Shown: positions 21,246 to 34,806 of the stretch, in pieces | How the letters are laid out: each line of letters starts with the position of its first letter | Position numbering within the stretch: position 1 is the stretch's first letter | NCBI GenBank assembly: GCA_028826165.1 | Contig: JAPDFW010000114.1 | Coordinates: 310,001 to 374,000, forward strand | Origin: Anaeramoeba ignava BMAN | Lineage: Eukaryota > Protista > Anaeramoebae | Direction of reading: 5' to 3' | DNA: 64,000 bases | The notes under the pieces: model-generated | Told to the model about the DNA's origin: nothing | Databases searched by the model: none | Seen by the model: only the letters and a program-made list of their open reading frames with translations | Program-made: the position numbers and the translations under genes

Positions 21246-24200
21246 TCATTTTTTTTGAATTTGATAAATCTTTTTTTGAATTGTTATTGAACAAAGTTTT
21301 CTGTGATATATTGATGTAAAAAGAATTGAAAAAATTTGATTTTTGCCAAAATTGAATATCAAAATTTGTGGATCAAAATTATCCAAACTAGTTTCAAAAC
21401 CGTTTTTCCATTTAGTTTTAAAATTAGATTTAGTATATTTGTTTATGATCTTGATTGTTTTCTTTCCAAAAATAAGTTCACCAGAAAAAAGCTTTCCATT
21501 TATATTGATTTTAACAGAAAAAACAACAGGCGGTTTTTTCCATAATTTCTCAACTTCTTCTTGAATTTTTTCAAGTAAAGCTTGATCTTTTTGATATTTA
21601 ATTTGCTCTATTTTGGGATTTGATTGATTTTTTTTAAAAATATCTTGTTCAATCATGGAAAAATTTGATATTTTTGGATCAACTATTTTTTGTGAATGAG
21701 AATCATCTTCTTCATCAAAATCAAAATCAAAATCAAAAATAGTTGATAATTCAGAAATATTTGGTAAAGAGTTGAAAAAATCAAGAAGAAATTTTTTGTT
21801 ATTTTGATTTCTTTTGATTTTGTTGGATATTTTGATTTGTTCGTTATATTGCGGGTTTGAATCGTATAGATAATATGCGAGCAATTTAAAAATATAAAAG
21901 CATCTAAGAATAAGATTTGCTTTGCTTTTTTCCATCTTGAAATTATAAGTTGTTTTCTGGTTCTTGATATAAATAGATATTTCGATTTGCGAATTTTCAA
22001 GAGTGAAATTCATTTTCAAGTTATGATCAAGAAAGTGGGATTTGTGGAATGGTTTTTTTTGTAAAAGAAGCGACACAGTTTTTCGAGATAGATATAATTT
22101 TGAAGGCAAATCTTTGGAGGATGTGTCGCTTGATTCAAGAAGAAAAGAAACTGAATTTTTGAACCAAAATTTTAATATAAGAGCATTGATTTCAAATTCT
22201 TCACCAATAAAACCACAATGAATTGGGATTTTATTGATATTTTGGGAATAGAATTGGAGCATTTGAAAAGTTTTCCAGAAAGTAATTATTTGAGTTGGTT
22301 GTTGCATAACAAATTGGTAAATATGCTCTGATATTTCCAAAACAAATATTGTATTATTATTATTATTGAAATCATGATTTTTGATATTTTCATTGTTTTC
22401 AACAATACTAAGCTCCATTAAAGGAGGATTTGAATAGGAATAATGCGAAATATCAGAATCTTTGTGTGAAATGAAAACAATATCAAATCCTTCTTCAAAT
22501 AATTTTAAATGAACCTGAATGAAAGAATCATCTTTTGGAATCAATGAAATTCCAAAAATGCATGGATTCATCACAAAATTGTTTTGCACTGATAAATCTA
22601 ATAGATTCTCTTTTAAATGACTATTATAGCTTCCAAACAAAATGAGTTTGTAGATGTCATTGAATTTAAACAAATTAATTTTGTGATTTTTTTTTGATTT
22701 TGATTTTGATTTTAATTTTGATTTTGATTTTGAAGAAATTGCTGATTCTCCCCAAGTCTGTTGAATTTCATAAAACTCTTGCGAATATTCAAGGCTATTT
22801 TTGTCATTTGATATTGTTTTTATAAATGAATTGCTTTTGCTTTTCATTTTATTTATTTTATTTTTTTCGTTGTTGGTTTTGATTTCTTTTGAATCTTCAA
22901 AATATTGATTAATTTGATGAATAATTTGAAAAACATTCTGATGAATCTTTTCTGCAATTGTTTTATTAAACCAAAGAAACAATTGATTTGTTTGTCTTGA
23001 CGAAATGATCACAGTTGATTTGTTTTCTGGATGTAACTCCAAAGAGAAAGAAGGTTCAAAAAGAGGAATTTGAATCAATTTCTTTTCAATCATAAGAAAA
23101 ATATGATTTTCTTTGAGTAGAAATTTTCCTCCACAAATTGATTTTTCTTCATCCATCAGAAGGAAATGATAAATATCTTTTATTTCTGGGTTTTTTTGGT
23201 TAAAAAGCGAGCGAATAAAATCTGTGTTGGTTTTTTTCTGAATAGAATAAGATTGAATAAATTTATTGAATCTTTTTGACGAATCAAAACGGAAAATGAA
23301 TTGGGATTTATCGCCACATAAAATACGACAAAAAAGACTAGTCGGTTCGTAAAAAAGTAAAGTATTCGAAATGGGTTTGATTAAAGGGGTTTTTTTGGTT
23401 TGGAATGAAAGAGAATCTTTTTTCAACTCGATAAATCCATTTTCAATCTGCGTTAATTTGACAGTCAAAAATGAAACTTCAAATATTTGTTCTGATAAAA
23501 ATAGCATTTTTTGAATTGATAATGAATCCATGATTTTCTTCTTGAGTTCGGTGTAAATACTAATAAAATCATCCATTTTTTCTTGATTTTTAAATTGGAA
23601 AGAAATAAAATTTGTTCCATTGAGAAGATAAATATCAACAGTGAAAGAATTTTTTTGGCAAAAGGGATAAGACAGGAAAAGATAATTTTCAATAATTTTG
23701 TGTTGTTTGTCTTTGGATTTAATCACGATATTGTTTTTTTTTAAAAACAGATTGACAGAAAGCATTTTTCCGTCAGATAACGGAACAATACAACCAAACC
23801 GATTTATGTTATCATCATTTAATTTTTGATTGAAATTTTGATTTAGATCAAAGTTGTTTGTATTTTCTATTGATAAATCAAATTTGAGAAATTTCTCCAA
23901 ACAAGAAGAAAATAGATCATGAATTGAATGATTAGGTGCAATAATGTTTCCTGTGTAGTTACTTTGATTTTCGGTAATTTTCATGCATATATTATTTCCC
24001 AATTTTTCTGTTATAATGGGAATTTTTGAAAATGGAACTGAAAAGTTGATCTGGTTCTCAAATGAGAAGAATAATATTATCGCTTTTTCCAAATTTAGTT
24101 CCACAGTAATGCTTTGTGAATTTTTTTCTGAAAGAAACTCCATATTCTCGAATATTGCATATTTATTCTTGAAGCACCTTTCGGTTAGTGCTGCTATTTC

Positions 24201-25180
24201 CAAGTCTTTTGTCAAGATTTTATTGCAATTTATTGTGAAAATTTGCGGGAATAAATTGATACTTTGATATTTGTAAAACATTTCAAAAACCTTTAAAATT
24301 GTGAATTTTTGGATCAAATTTTTGCATTTGATTAAAATTGGGATATTTTTCTTGATTTGAATAAAAAGTTTATCATCAGATTCAGTTTCGAAATAAATTT
24401 GTATTGGAAAATAACTTGTGTAATTAACATTAATAATTAATTTATCAAAAATGAATATTTGCATTGAGTCAGCATTAAAATTGAGTCTTGTTTTGATTTC
24501 TTGAGTTTGATTATTTGAATTGTATTCGAAAATTGGAGAGATTATTTTAACATTAAAACTAGCTTTTTCATTTATAAAATGATTAACAACTGAATTGAGT
24601 GCGTTTTTGTAGAATTTTTCTTTGGTTAAAAAGGTGAATTTTTGTTTTGCTTTTTTCTCTATTGATTCATCTTTTTTTATATATTCTTTTTTTGTATTTT
24701 TGCACATATTATCTTTTAATTTTTTTGTTTCTTTGTCTTTATCAATTTTTCTGAGTTCATTTATTGAATTTAAAAGTTTTTCTCGATTTTTCATTGCAAA
24801 AATATCTTGTGCTTTAAATAAATAATTTTCAGTAATTCTTTTTTCTTCGTAAAATTGAGAGAATAAATGAAAAATTTCAAGTGTTTGTCGACTTTTTTTT
24901 TTAGAAAAAAAATGATAAATTTTTTAATTTTAATTTTTAATTTGAATTTTAAATTTAAATTTTAAAATAAATTTTAATTTGAATTTTAATTTAATATTAA
25001 ATTCTATGTTAAAAAAACACACCCATGGTTTAATGAAATAAAAAGTGGTTGTAAAGAATTCATAAGTAAAACAAGTTGATTTGCTAAATTTTCATTTTGA
25101 GCATAAATATTTAATTGTGTTTTTGTTTTTTTGAAAAACCATTCATAAATTTTTTCATTTTTTCGGTTTTTTTGTGACAT
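21246..25180 (-). CDS. Large uncharacterised protein, 1267 aa, probably an array of divergent PH-like domains
   Basis: Exons 25180-25023 and 24891-21246 (GTGTGT..AAG, phase 2). Contains a 1182-codon ORF with complex composition and recurring beta-rich modules ending in an amphipathic helix. Confidence 0.75.
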
Positions 25181-25406
25181 TATTTCAATATAAACAAATT
25201 AAATATAAACAAATTAAATATAAACAATTTAAAAATAAACAAAAATAAAAGAATTTTAAAATTGGTTTTTGAAAAGAAAAAATGATTTTAAAAACTCCAA
25301 AAAAAAAGTTTGGTAAATTAAAATTTTTTTTTTGGTTTTTTTCTTTAATTAAAAACATCAAAAAGAAAAAAACCTTTTTTTAATCTATTTTCAATCTATT
25401 TTCAAA

Positions 25407-28400
25407 CTAATTTTGATTTTGATTTTGATTTTGATTTTGATTTTGATTATTTTGATTATTTTGATTATTTTGATTTTTTTTATTATTTTGATTATTTTGA
25501 TTATTTTTATTATTTTTATTATTTTTATTATTTTGATTATTTTGATTTTGATTATTTTGATTATTTTGATTATTTTGATTATTTTGATTATTTTGATTAT
25601 TTTGATTATTTTGATTATTTTGATTATTTTGATTATTTTGATTATTTTGATTATTTTGATTTTGATTATTTTGATTATTTTGATTATTTTGATTATTTTG
25701 ATTTTGATTTTGATTTTGATTTTGATTTTGATTTTGATTTTGATTTAGATTTAGATTTTGATTTGATTTTAAAAGTTTTTTTTCTTTCTTTGATTTAATT
25801 CTTTCTAATCTTTTCTTTTCTCTCCTGTCTTTTTTTTGTTTTTGCTTTTCATATTTTTGGAGTGCTTTTTTATATCTACATTCTATTTTATGATTTTCTT
25901 TTCTTTCTTGATAATCTTTTTTTAAAATAGCTTCTTTATCACGATAAACCTTTTAATAAATAAAAATCCAAAATTAAAATCAATTTTTGATAATTAAAAA
26001 ATAAAATAATTTGAAATACTTGTTTTTGTTCATTTGATAATTTTCTCCATTTTTTAGAAACTTTTTTCGAAATTTGACCAACTTTCAAAAATGGATTTTC
26101 TTTTTTCATTAATTTAAATTGTTCTTGAAAATAAATAAAATAGCTTTTAGGATAATTTTTTGGAAGATTTGGATTCCTTTTTCTAGTTTTTGCTTTTTTT
26201 CTTTTTTTTTCTACTTCTTCTTCAGAAGTAGAAGTAGAAATAGAAGTAGAAGTACTAGTGGAAGATATAGATGTCGATGTAAAAGAAGAAGAATCAGAAT
26301 TTATAATTAGTTCTGATTCCCATCTATACATTTTCGTTTTGTATTTTTTTAATGCTTTCTGAGATTTTTGGAAATATTTCTTGAAAATTGCAAAAAAAAA
26401 TAATTGAATAAATTTTTTATCCGATTTTAATTTCAATTTTAATTTTAATTTTAATTTTAATTTTAATTTTAATTTTAATTTTAATTTTAATTTTAATTTT
26501 AATTTTAATTTTAATTTTAATTTTAATTTTAATTTTAATTTTAATTTTAATTTTAATTATAAATTTAATTTTAATTTTAATTTTAATTATAAATTTAATT
26601 TGAATTTTAATTTTAATTTTAATTTTAAATTTTAATTTTTTATCCGATTTCAATTTTAAATTTTAATTTAAATTTTAATTTTAATTTTTTATCCGATTTT
26701 AATTTTAAATTTTGATTTAATTTTGATTTTGATTTTAATTTTAATTTTAATTTTAATTTTAATTTTAATTTTAATTTTAATTTTAATTTTAATTTTAATT
26801 TTAATTTGAATTTTAATTTAAATTTTAATTTTAATTTTAATTTTAATTTTAATTTTAATTTTAATTTTAATTTTAATTTTAATTTTAATTTTAATTTTAA
26901 TTTTAATTTTAAATTACATTTTTGTCTTCTTCTGGTAATAATTTCCATTTTTCAATAATATTTTGGTTTAGTTGTCTATTATTAAGATTTGGATTTTCTA
27001 ATTCTATTTGAAGTTTTACTTCTTTTCTAAATTGATAAAAGGGTTTTCGTGGTCTTTTTGGTTTATTTAATTTTTTCTCTCTTTTTCTTATCTTCTTTCT
27101 TTTTTCTTTTTGTTTTTTTTCTTTCTTTTTTTTCTTTTTCGAATATCGAAGATATGATCTTGATTGATAAAAAGATTTTCTTTTTTTTTGTGGGTTTTTT
27201 TTTGAGAAATTTTCTAAATTTAAATCTATTTTTGAATTTGGATCTATTTTTAAATTTGAATCATTTTCTAAATTTAAATCCATTTCTGAATTTGGATCAT
27301 TTTCTAAATTTAAATCCATTTCTGAATTTGAATCAATTTGTAAATTTGAATTATTTTGTAAATTTGAATTTGAGATATATTGAGAATATAAAAGATTCCG
27401 CCAATATAATAGATTTTGTAAAAATAAATTTTTTTGTAAGTTTTCATCATTTTGTGAATTTAAATTTGAATCTGAATCATCTTTTAATTTTGAATCATTT
27501 TGTGAGTTTGAATTTAAATTTGAATTTATATCTGAATTTTTATTGGTAAGATGATGAGAATATAAAAGATTTTGCCAATATAATATATTTTTTAAATTTA
27601 AATCTATTTTTGAATTTGAATCAATTTGTAAAAATAAATTTTTTTGTAAGTTTTCATCATTTTGTGAATTTAAATTTGAATTATTTTGTAAATTTGAATT
27701 TGAGATATATTGAGGATATAAAAGATTCCGCCAATATAATAGATTTTGTAAATATAAATTTTTTTGTAAGTTTTCATCATTTTGTGAATTTAAATTTATA
27801 TTTGAGTTATTTTGTGAATTTAAATCATTTTGTGAATTTGAATTTGCAAGATATTGAGAATATAAAAGATTTTGCCAATATAATATATTTTTTAAATATA
27901 AATTATTCTGTGAATTTGAATTTGGATTTTTATCCTTTTCTGTATTTGGATTTGCAAAATATTGAGAATATAAAAGATTTTGCCAATATAATACATTTTG
28001 TAAATATAAATTATTCTGTGAATTTGAATTTGAATTTGAATCATTTTGTAAATTTGAATTGTTTTGTAGATTTGAATTTGAATTTGAATTTGAATTTGAA
28101 TCATTTTGTAAATTTGATTTTGAATTTGAAATTGAATTTGAATCATTTTGTAGATTTGAATTGTTTTGTAAATTTGAATTGTTTTGTAGATTTGAATTTG
28201 AATTTGAATTTAAATCATTTTGTAAATTTGAATTGTTTTGTAAATTTGAATTTGAATTTGAATTTGAATCATTTTGTAAATTTGAATTATTTTGTAAATT
28301 TGAATTTGAATTTGAATTTGAATTTAAATTTGAATTTGAATTTGAATTTGAATTATTTTGTAAATTTGAATTATTTTGTAAATTTGAATTTGAATTTGAA

Positions 28401-29068
28401 TTTGAATCATTTTGTAAATTTAAATTTGAATTTAAATCATTTTGTAAATTTGAATTTAAATTTAAATTTGAATTATTTTGTAAATTTGAATTTGAATTGT
28501 TTTGTAAATTTAAATTTGAATTTGATTTTGAATTATTTTGTAAATTTAAATCATTTTGTAAATTTGAATTATTTTGTAAATTTGAATTTGAATTTGAATT
28601 TGAATCATTTTGTAAATTTGAATTTGATTTTGAATTATTTTGTAAATTTGAATTTGAATTTGAATCATTTTGTAAATTTGAATTTGAATTTAATTTTGAA
28701 TTATTTTGTAAATTTGAATTATTTTGTAAATTTGAATTTGAATCATTTTGTAGATTTGAATTTGAATTGTTTTGTAAATTTAAATTTGAATTTGATTTTG
28801 AATTTGAATTTGAATTATTTTGTAAATTTAAATTTGAATTTGAATTGTTTTGTAAATTTAAATTTGAATTTGAATTGTTTTGTAAATTTAAATTTGAATT
28901 TGAATCATTTTGTAAATTTGAATTTGAATTTGAATTGTTTTGTAAATTTGAATTTGAATTTGAATTTGAATTTGAATCATTTTGTAAATTTGAATTTGAA
29001 TTTGAATTTGAATTGTTTTGTAGATTTGAATTATTTTCTTTGTTGGAATTTTTGTGTATATTTGACAT
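25407..29068 (-). CDS. Two-HMG-box protein with very long N/S/Q low-complexity N-terminus and N/Q tail, 1017 aa
   Basis: Exons 29068-26918, 26379-26020, 25949-25407. HMG box 1 KPKRPRKPFYQFRKE...NPNL...KWKLLPEEDKN|KYFQKS; HMG box 2 PKNYPKSYFIYFQE...ISKKVSKKWRKLSNEQKQ|VYRDK. The last exon reads through the (CAAAAT/CAAAATAAT)n repeat to TAG at 25409-25407. Confidence 0.85.
26420..26912. repeat. (AATTTT)n intronic microsatellite with repeated TTATCCGATTT marker
   Basis: Fills HMG gene intron 26917-26380. Confidence 0.88.
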
Positions 29069-29142
29069 TCTAAAAAAAAATGATGAAAAAAAAAATGATT
29101 TTCTTTTTTATTAAAAAGAAAGAAAAGAAAAAAAAAAATTAT

Positions 29143-32100
29143 TTAAAAAAGTTGATCCTTCATTGTATCATCTTTAACGGATAAATTTGAAAAGTTATTC
29201 AAAAAAGCAATTTCACGAGAATGATTATTTTTGCAATTTGTGGATAAACCTGTGATCCACATTTTCAAAGGAATATAATCTAAAAAAGGTGGATCTTCTA
29301 AAGTATAAATGTTTTCAGTAATATTTTTTTCAATAATCTTTAAAATTGTTAAATAGTCTTTCTCAAGAGAATTTGAAATTTGTGAAGAATAAAGTTCAAG
29401 TAAATATTTATGATATTCAGGATATTTTTCTGCTAAATTCCACATTGACTTTTCATTCAAACTATTCATTAATTTAAGTTTAAAATTACGACTTAATCCT
29501 TTAGAAAGTTCTAAAACATCATCTACAAATTGTTCATCTAAATAGAAAATATGGCTATCTAAATGTTGAATGAATTGTCTTTTTATTTTTTTTTAGAAAT
29601 TAATAAATATTTAAGATATTAAAAATATTCAAAATATTCAAAATATTAAAAATATTCAAAATATTTAAAATATTCAAAATATTCAAAATATTATAAATAA
29701 ATATTCAAAATATTATAAATATTCAAAATATTCAAAATATTCAAAATAAATATTCAAAATATTCAAAATATCCAAAATATATTTAAAATATTCAAAATAT
29801 ATTTAAAATATTCAAAATAAATATTCAAAATATTCAAAATATTCAAAATATTATAAATATTATAAATATTCAAAATATATTTAAAATATTCAAAATATTC
29901 AAAATATCCAAAATATTTAAAATATTCAAAATATTATAAATAAATATTCAAAATATTCAAAATATTCAAAATATTCAAAATATTATAAATAAATATTCAA
30001 AATATTCAAAAAAAATATTTAAAATATTATAAATATTAAAAATAAATATTATGAATATTCAAAATATTCTAAATAAATATTCAAAATATTCAAAATATTT
30101 GAAATATTCAAAATATTATAAATATTAAAAATATTATAAATATATTGTTACTCTTTTGAAAGACATAAAAATCCTAATCGGCAAAAATGATAATGAAAAT
30201 TCATAGGAAAAGGTAAACAAAGTTCTTCAAGAGCAAAATAAAACTGTGAGAGAACTTCAAAAGCAGTTTTCTGTTGAATTATAATTAAAGATAAATCAAA
30301 ATCTTGATTAGAAAATGAATTGGATTCAAAATGTAATTCTTTGCTTTTGGATTCACGAGTAATCATGGCTAATCTTAAATCTTTTGAGGTAGAATTTTGG
30401 AGAGTTTGTGTCTCCATTTCATCGGCTAAAGCACTAAATTGTTCATCAAAAATATCGAGATCAAAAGTATCAGTTTTTGCAATCTCATCATGATCATAAA
30501 AAGGATTTGATTCGAAGAATTCCTTGCTTTTAAAAAGATCGTGAATGAACTTGAGATCGTTGATCGGATGGATTGCTTCATGGGAATTTTTTGAGGACTT
30601 TTTAAGCGCTTTGTCTGAGCAAATGAGCGCAATTTGAAGAACTCCAAAAATATGTTCAACAACTTGATATTGACTTTGGAAATATAATCCTGTCAAAGCC
30701 TTAAATTTCGCTCTATGGTAGTTGCTTTTGGGAAGATACACACTATTAATGTGAGAATAAAATGCCTCCTGAACTAATCTCTGTGTGGATTCTGTTTGGG
30801 ATGTTTTGAAACCGAATTCGAATGGGACAAATTGTTGCTGTTTGGGACTAGCTTCTTTGTTTTTTATCGGTCCAACACATGAATTTTGAGATTCTTCATC
30901 ATATTTTTCATCCACACACGCTTGTTTGCGTAGTTTCTCTAGAATGTCCATGTATGTAAATTGTTTATTTGATGGTAATTTCGATTGAAAAGTTTGATAT
31001 TCTTTTAAAATTTGAAATCTTTTAATATTTAAATCCCATTGTTTTGATGAACGAAGGTTCATTTTTTCTTGCTGTTTTGATTGCAAGGAAAGTAGTAGTT
31101 GATTATATATATGGGAAATATGATAGGAATTTTTTGTGAGAATGAGGATAAGATATGATTATTGTTATTAAAAAAATATTTACAATTGTTTGAAAAGGTA
31201 AAATTGTTGTAACTGGAAGTACTTTATTCAAAAATTTAAAGAAATTCTGTAATTTTTTTTCTGGTCTTTGCTTTTGGAATTGCCGATAAGATGCTCCAAT
31301 TAAATATTCTTGAAATACTTTTGATGTTAATGCTTTTGGATTTTGATAGCATAAATGGAGAATCATATTTTCTGCTCTGTTGTCATCATTTAAATGTGTG
31401 TGTGCAATATGTAATCCGTATATTAAATTTGTTTCTGAATTGTTTTTACTATCAAGATGATATAAATATTCTGTATTTATTCGAAAATCATATGCATTTC
31501 CAGTTTTATTATCAATGAATGAATTTTTCAAGACTTTTTTTGAATTATTTTGATTTTTTATCCGATTTTAATTTTGATTTTGATTTTAATTTTAATTTTA
31601 ATTTTGATTTTAATTTTAATTTTAATTTTAATTTTAATTTTAATTTTAATTTTAATTTTAATTTTAATTTTTATTTTAATTCCAAAAAAATAAAATATCT
31701 TCATTAAATACATGAATTAAATCTTGGTATTGAAATTGGTGAAATATTAAAAGGAATAAATTCATTTGATGAAATATCTCCTAATGGTGTTGCATTTTCA
31801 GATCCTAATTTCAAAATAAAAATTAACAAAAATTAATAAAAATATTTCTAAAAAATTTAACTAAATTAAAAAATATACCAAAAAACTTAAAAGAATCACA
31901 AGTTTTATGGATTTTAGAACAATCAACAAATTGAACAAAATAAGAAGGAATATAAATTAAAAGAAGTTGATATAAAGAACCAAAAAAAGCTCTCATTCTA
32001 CTAATATATTGTTCAGGAATATTATTAAGAGGAATGTGAATTTCAACTTGTTCTCTATGATGAAGAATCCAAAGAACAACATTAATAAAGAAAGTATTTT

Positions 32101-34580
32101 GATCATGAAACTGAAGATTTTGTTGACAAAAACAATATCCACTCTATTTTTGTTATTTAAATAATAAATCCATTTTTGAAATTAAATTCATTTTTGAAAT
32201 TAAATTCATTTTTAAAATTAAATTCATTTTTTAAATTAAATTCATTTTTTAAATAATAAATTCATTTTTTAAATTAAATTCATTTTTTAAATAATAAATT
32301 CATTTTTGGAATTAAATTCATTTTGTAAATTAAATTCATTTTGTAAATTAAATTCATTTTGTAAATTAAATTCATTTTGTAAATTAAATTCATTTTTAAA
32401 TTAAATTCATTTTTAAATTAAATCCATTTTGTAAATTAAATCCATTTTGTAAATTAAATTCATTTTTTAAATTAAATTCATTTTTTAAATTAAATTCATT
32501 TTTTAAATTAAATTCATTTTTGAAATTAAATTCATTTTTGGAATTAAATTCATTTTTTAAATTAAATTCATTTTTTGAAATAAATTCATTTTTTGAAATA
32601 AATTCATTTTTGGAATTAAATTCATTTTTGGAAATTCATTTTTGGAATTAAATTCATTTTGTAAATTAAATCCATTTTTTAAAATTAAATTCATTTTTGA
32701 ATTAAATTCATTTTGTAAATTAAATTCATTTCTTAAAATAAATTCATTTTTTAAATTTTTGAAATTAAATTCATTTTTAAATTTTTGAAATTAAATTCAT
32801 TTTTTAAATTTTTGAAAATAAATTCATTTTTGAAAATTAAATTCATTTTTGAAATTAAATTCATTTTTTAAATTTTTGAAATTAAATTCATTTTTTAAAT
32901 TTTTGAAATTAAATTTCCCTACTTGAGATATTCTAATCATATTAAATTTCAAAGACCAATTAGGAGAAATATGTCCAGTTGTAAAATACTCATGATCATA
33001 CAATAAAACAGGTTCTGAAGAATTTGCTGAAGATTGAAAAATAATATTCAAAGGAAATTCTAAAATATTTTCTGGTTCTTTTTTATTGAAAGAAGTACAA
33101 AATAAAATTTGGCCTTGATTTTTTTTTGTATTTTGAAGATAAAATAAGTTCTTAGTTTTTGTATCAAATTCAAACCAAATGAAATAGTTTGCAATAGTTG
33201 AAGCAACAGAAGTTTTTAAAATCTATTTATTTTTTGTTTTTAATTAATACTTGCTCTTTTCAATTTAATTTGAAAATTTTTTTTACTTCATCATTTTTTG
33301 TTTTTTGTAGATAAACATTCCAAACTTCAATAAAAGTACAATCAAGAATAAAAATAAAAGAATCAAATTTTTTGGAATTTCTTGGAAGAAACTAAAAAAT
33401 AAATCAAAAAAATAAATAAAAAATAAATCAAAAAAATAAATCAAATTTAAATATAATTAAATATAAATCTTTTTTTACAAGAGCAGATTGAAAATTTGTT
33501 GTAGGATTCCAAATTGGTTGAATTTTAGGTTCTGATTTTTTGTTTAAAACAACTAAAAATGTTTGATAAAGATCTTTAAATAAATGAAAAAATAAAAATA
33601 AAATGGGGAATGATTTTAAAAGAAAAATTAATTTAATGATTTTTTCGCATCTTTTTTTTGTCATTATTATTTAAATAACAAACATTTTTCATAAATATTT
33701 TGTTCATCACAAATTATAGTAAAAGCTAAATTTTTAATTTAATTTAAAAAAAATTCATTAAAAATTCATTAAAAATTCATTCAAAATATTTTTTTTCCTT
33801 TTTTTTTTGAATTAAAAATTTAAATAAATTTTACTTAATATAGTTTGATCTTGATTCAAAGAAGCTCCAACACAATTAAATTTACCAGAATGTTCATATA
33901 AAACTCTTCTTTCTTGAGTTTCTCTAAAAAGAATATCAATATATGATTTCTCAATTCCATCCTATTTAAGAATATAAATTTAACAAAACAAATTTAACAA
34001 AATTTAAAATGAATTCAAAAAAAAAAACAAAAATAACACAAACAATTGAGATTGTGTCACGAGCAACTAATAAAAATGTATTGTTTTTATTTTGAGGATA
34101 AAATTCCTGTCCTACAAGTACAACATTTCTGGTTATATTTCCAAAATTATTGTATGTTTTTAATAAAGGAAATTTGCGTTGATGACTTTCTGATTGAACT
34201 AAATCTCCAGAAATTAAATTTGATTCTGAATCACTTGAGTTGTGCCCTTTTCATTTCATAAGATTTTGGAATAAATTATTTAATTATTGATATTCTTTTT
34301 TTGTTTCATTTGTTTTTTTTTTGAGTAAGAAAAAAAATAATTATTCTTAAATACTTTGATTTTCATTTAAATTTTCATCTAAATTAAAAATTTCATTTTC
34401 ATTTTCATTTTCATTTTCATTTTGATTTTCATTTTGATTTAGATTTTGATTTTGATTTTCATTTTCATTTTTATTTTCACTTTCATTTTTATTTTTATTT
34501 TTATTTTCTTGGTTTGTTGGAATATTAACAACTTTTTCAATACTATTTGAAATATTAAGTATTTTATTTAAACGTATCAT
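29143..34580 (-). CDS. GSAP: Gamma-secretase-activating protein (GSAP)/pigeon family homolog, 12 exons, 1053 aa
   Basis: Exons 34580-34355, 34246-34044, 33961-33835, 33725-33684, 33573-33479, 33391-33287, 33222-32923, 32143-31879, 31804-31712, 31533-31184, 31071-30152, 29578-29143. Blocks GASLNQDQTIL, FIWFEFD..TKNLFYL, GYCFCQQ, IYIPSYFVQFVD, LCLPFPMNFHYHFCRLGFLCL..EQFIQHLDSHIFYL and YIPLKM match my recollection of GSAP/pigeon in order. Confidence 0.72.
29605..30145. repeat. AAAATATTC 9-mer intronic satellite
   Basis: Fills GSAP intron 30151-29579. Confidence 0.88.
32160..32915. repeat. ~17-18-mer intronic minisatellite AAATTAAATTCATTTTT(G/T)
   Basis: Fills GSAP intron 32922-32144. Confidence 0.9.
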
Positions 34581-34806
34581 TTTGTTTCTAAAAAAGAAAA
34601 TAACAAAAATAAAACAAAGAAAAAAGAAAAAAATAAAATGAAAAAAAAATGGAAAAAAAATGAAAAATTTTTTGCTTTTTATTTTTTTTAAAAATCATTT
34701 TTTTCTTTTTATTTCTTTTTATTTTCATTTCTTAAAAACAAAAAAATTTTTTTTTTCTTTTTATTATAAAACAAAAATAACAAAAACACAAATAAAATAA
34801 ATTTTT

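Noticed and set aside
27049-29114. Long plus-strand ORFs (487 aa, 351 aa) opposite the HMG gene, and 35274-36320 opposite the PH gene
   Set aside because: Antisense reads of N/S/Q codon repeats. The opposite strand carries the real domains.
34251-34253. In-frame TGA just upstream of GSAP exon 2 (possible readthrough or alternative genetic code)
   Set aside because: An AAG acceptor at 34247 in the matching phase places the TGA inside the intron. TAA, TAG and TGA all serve as true stops elsewhere in the window.
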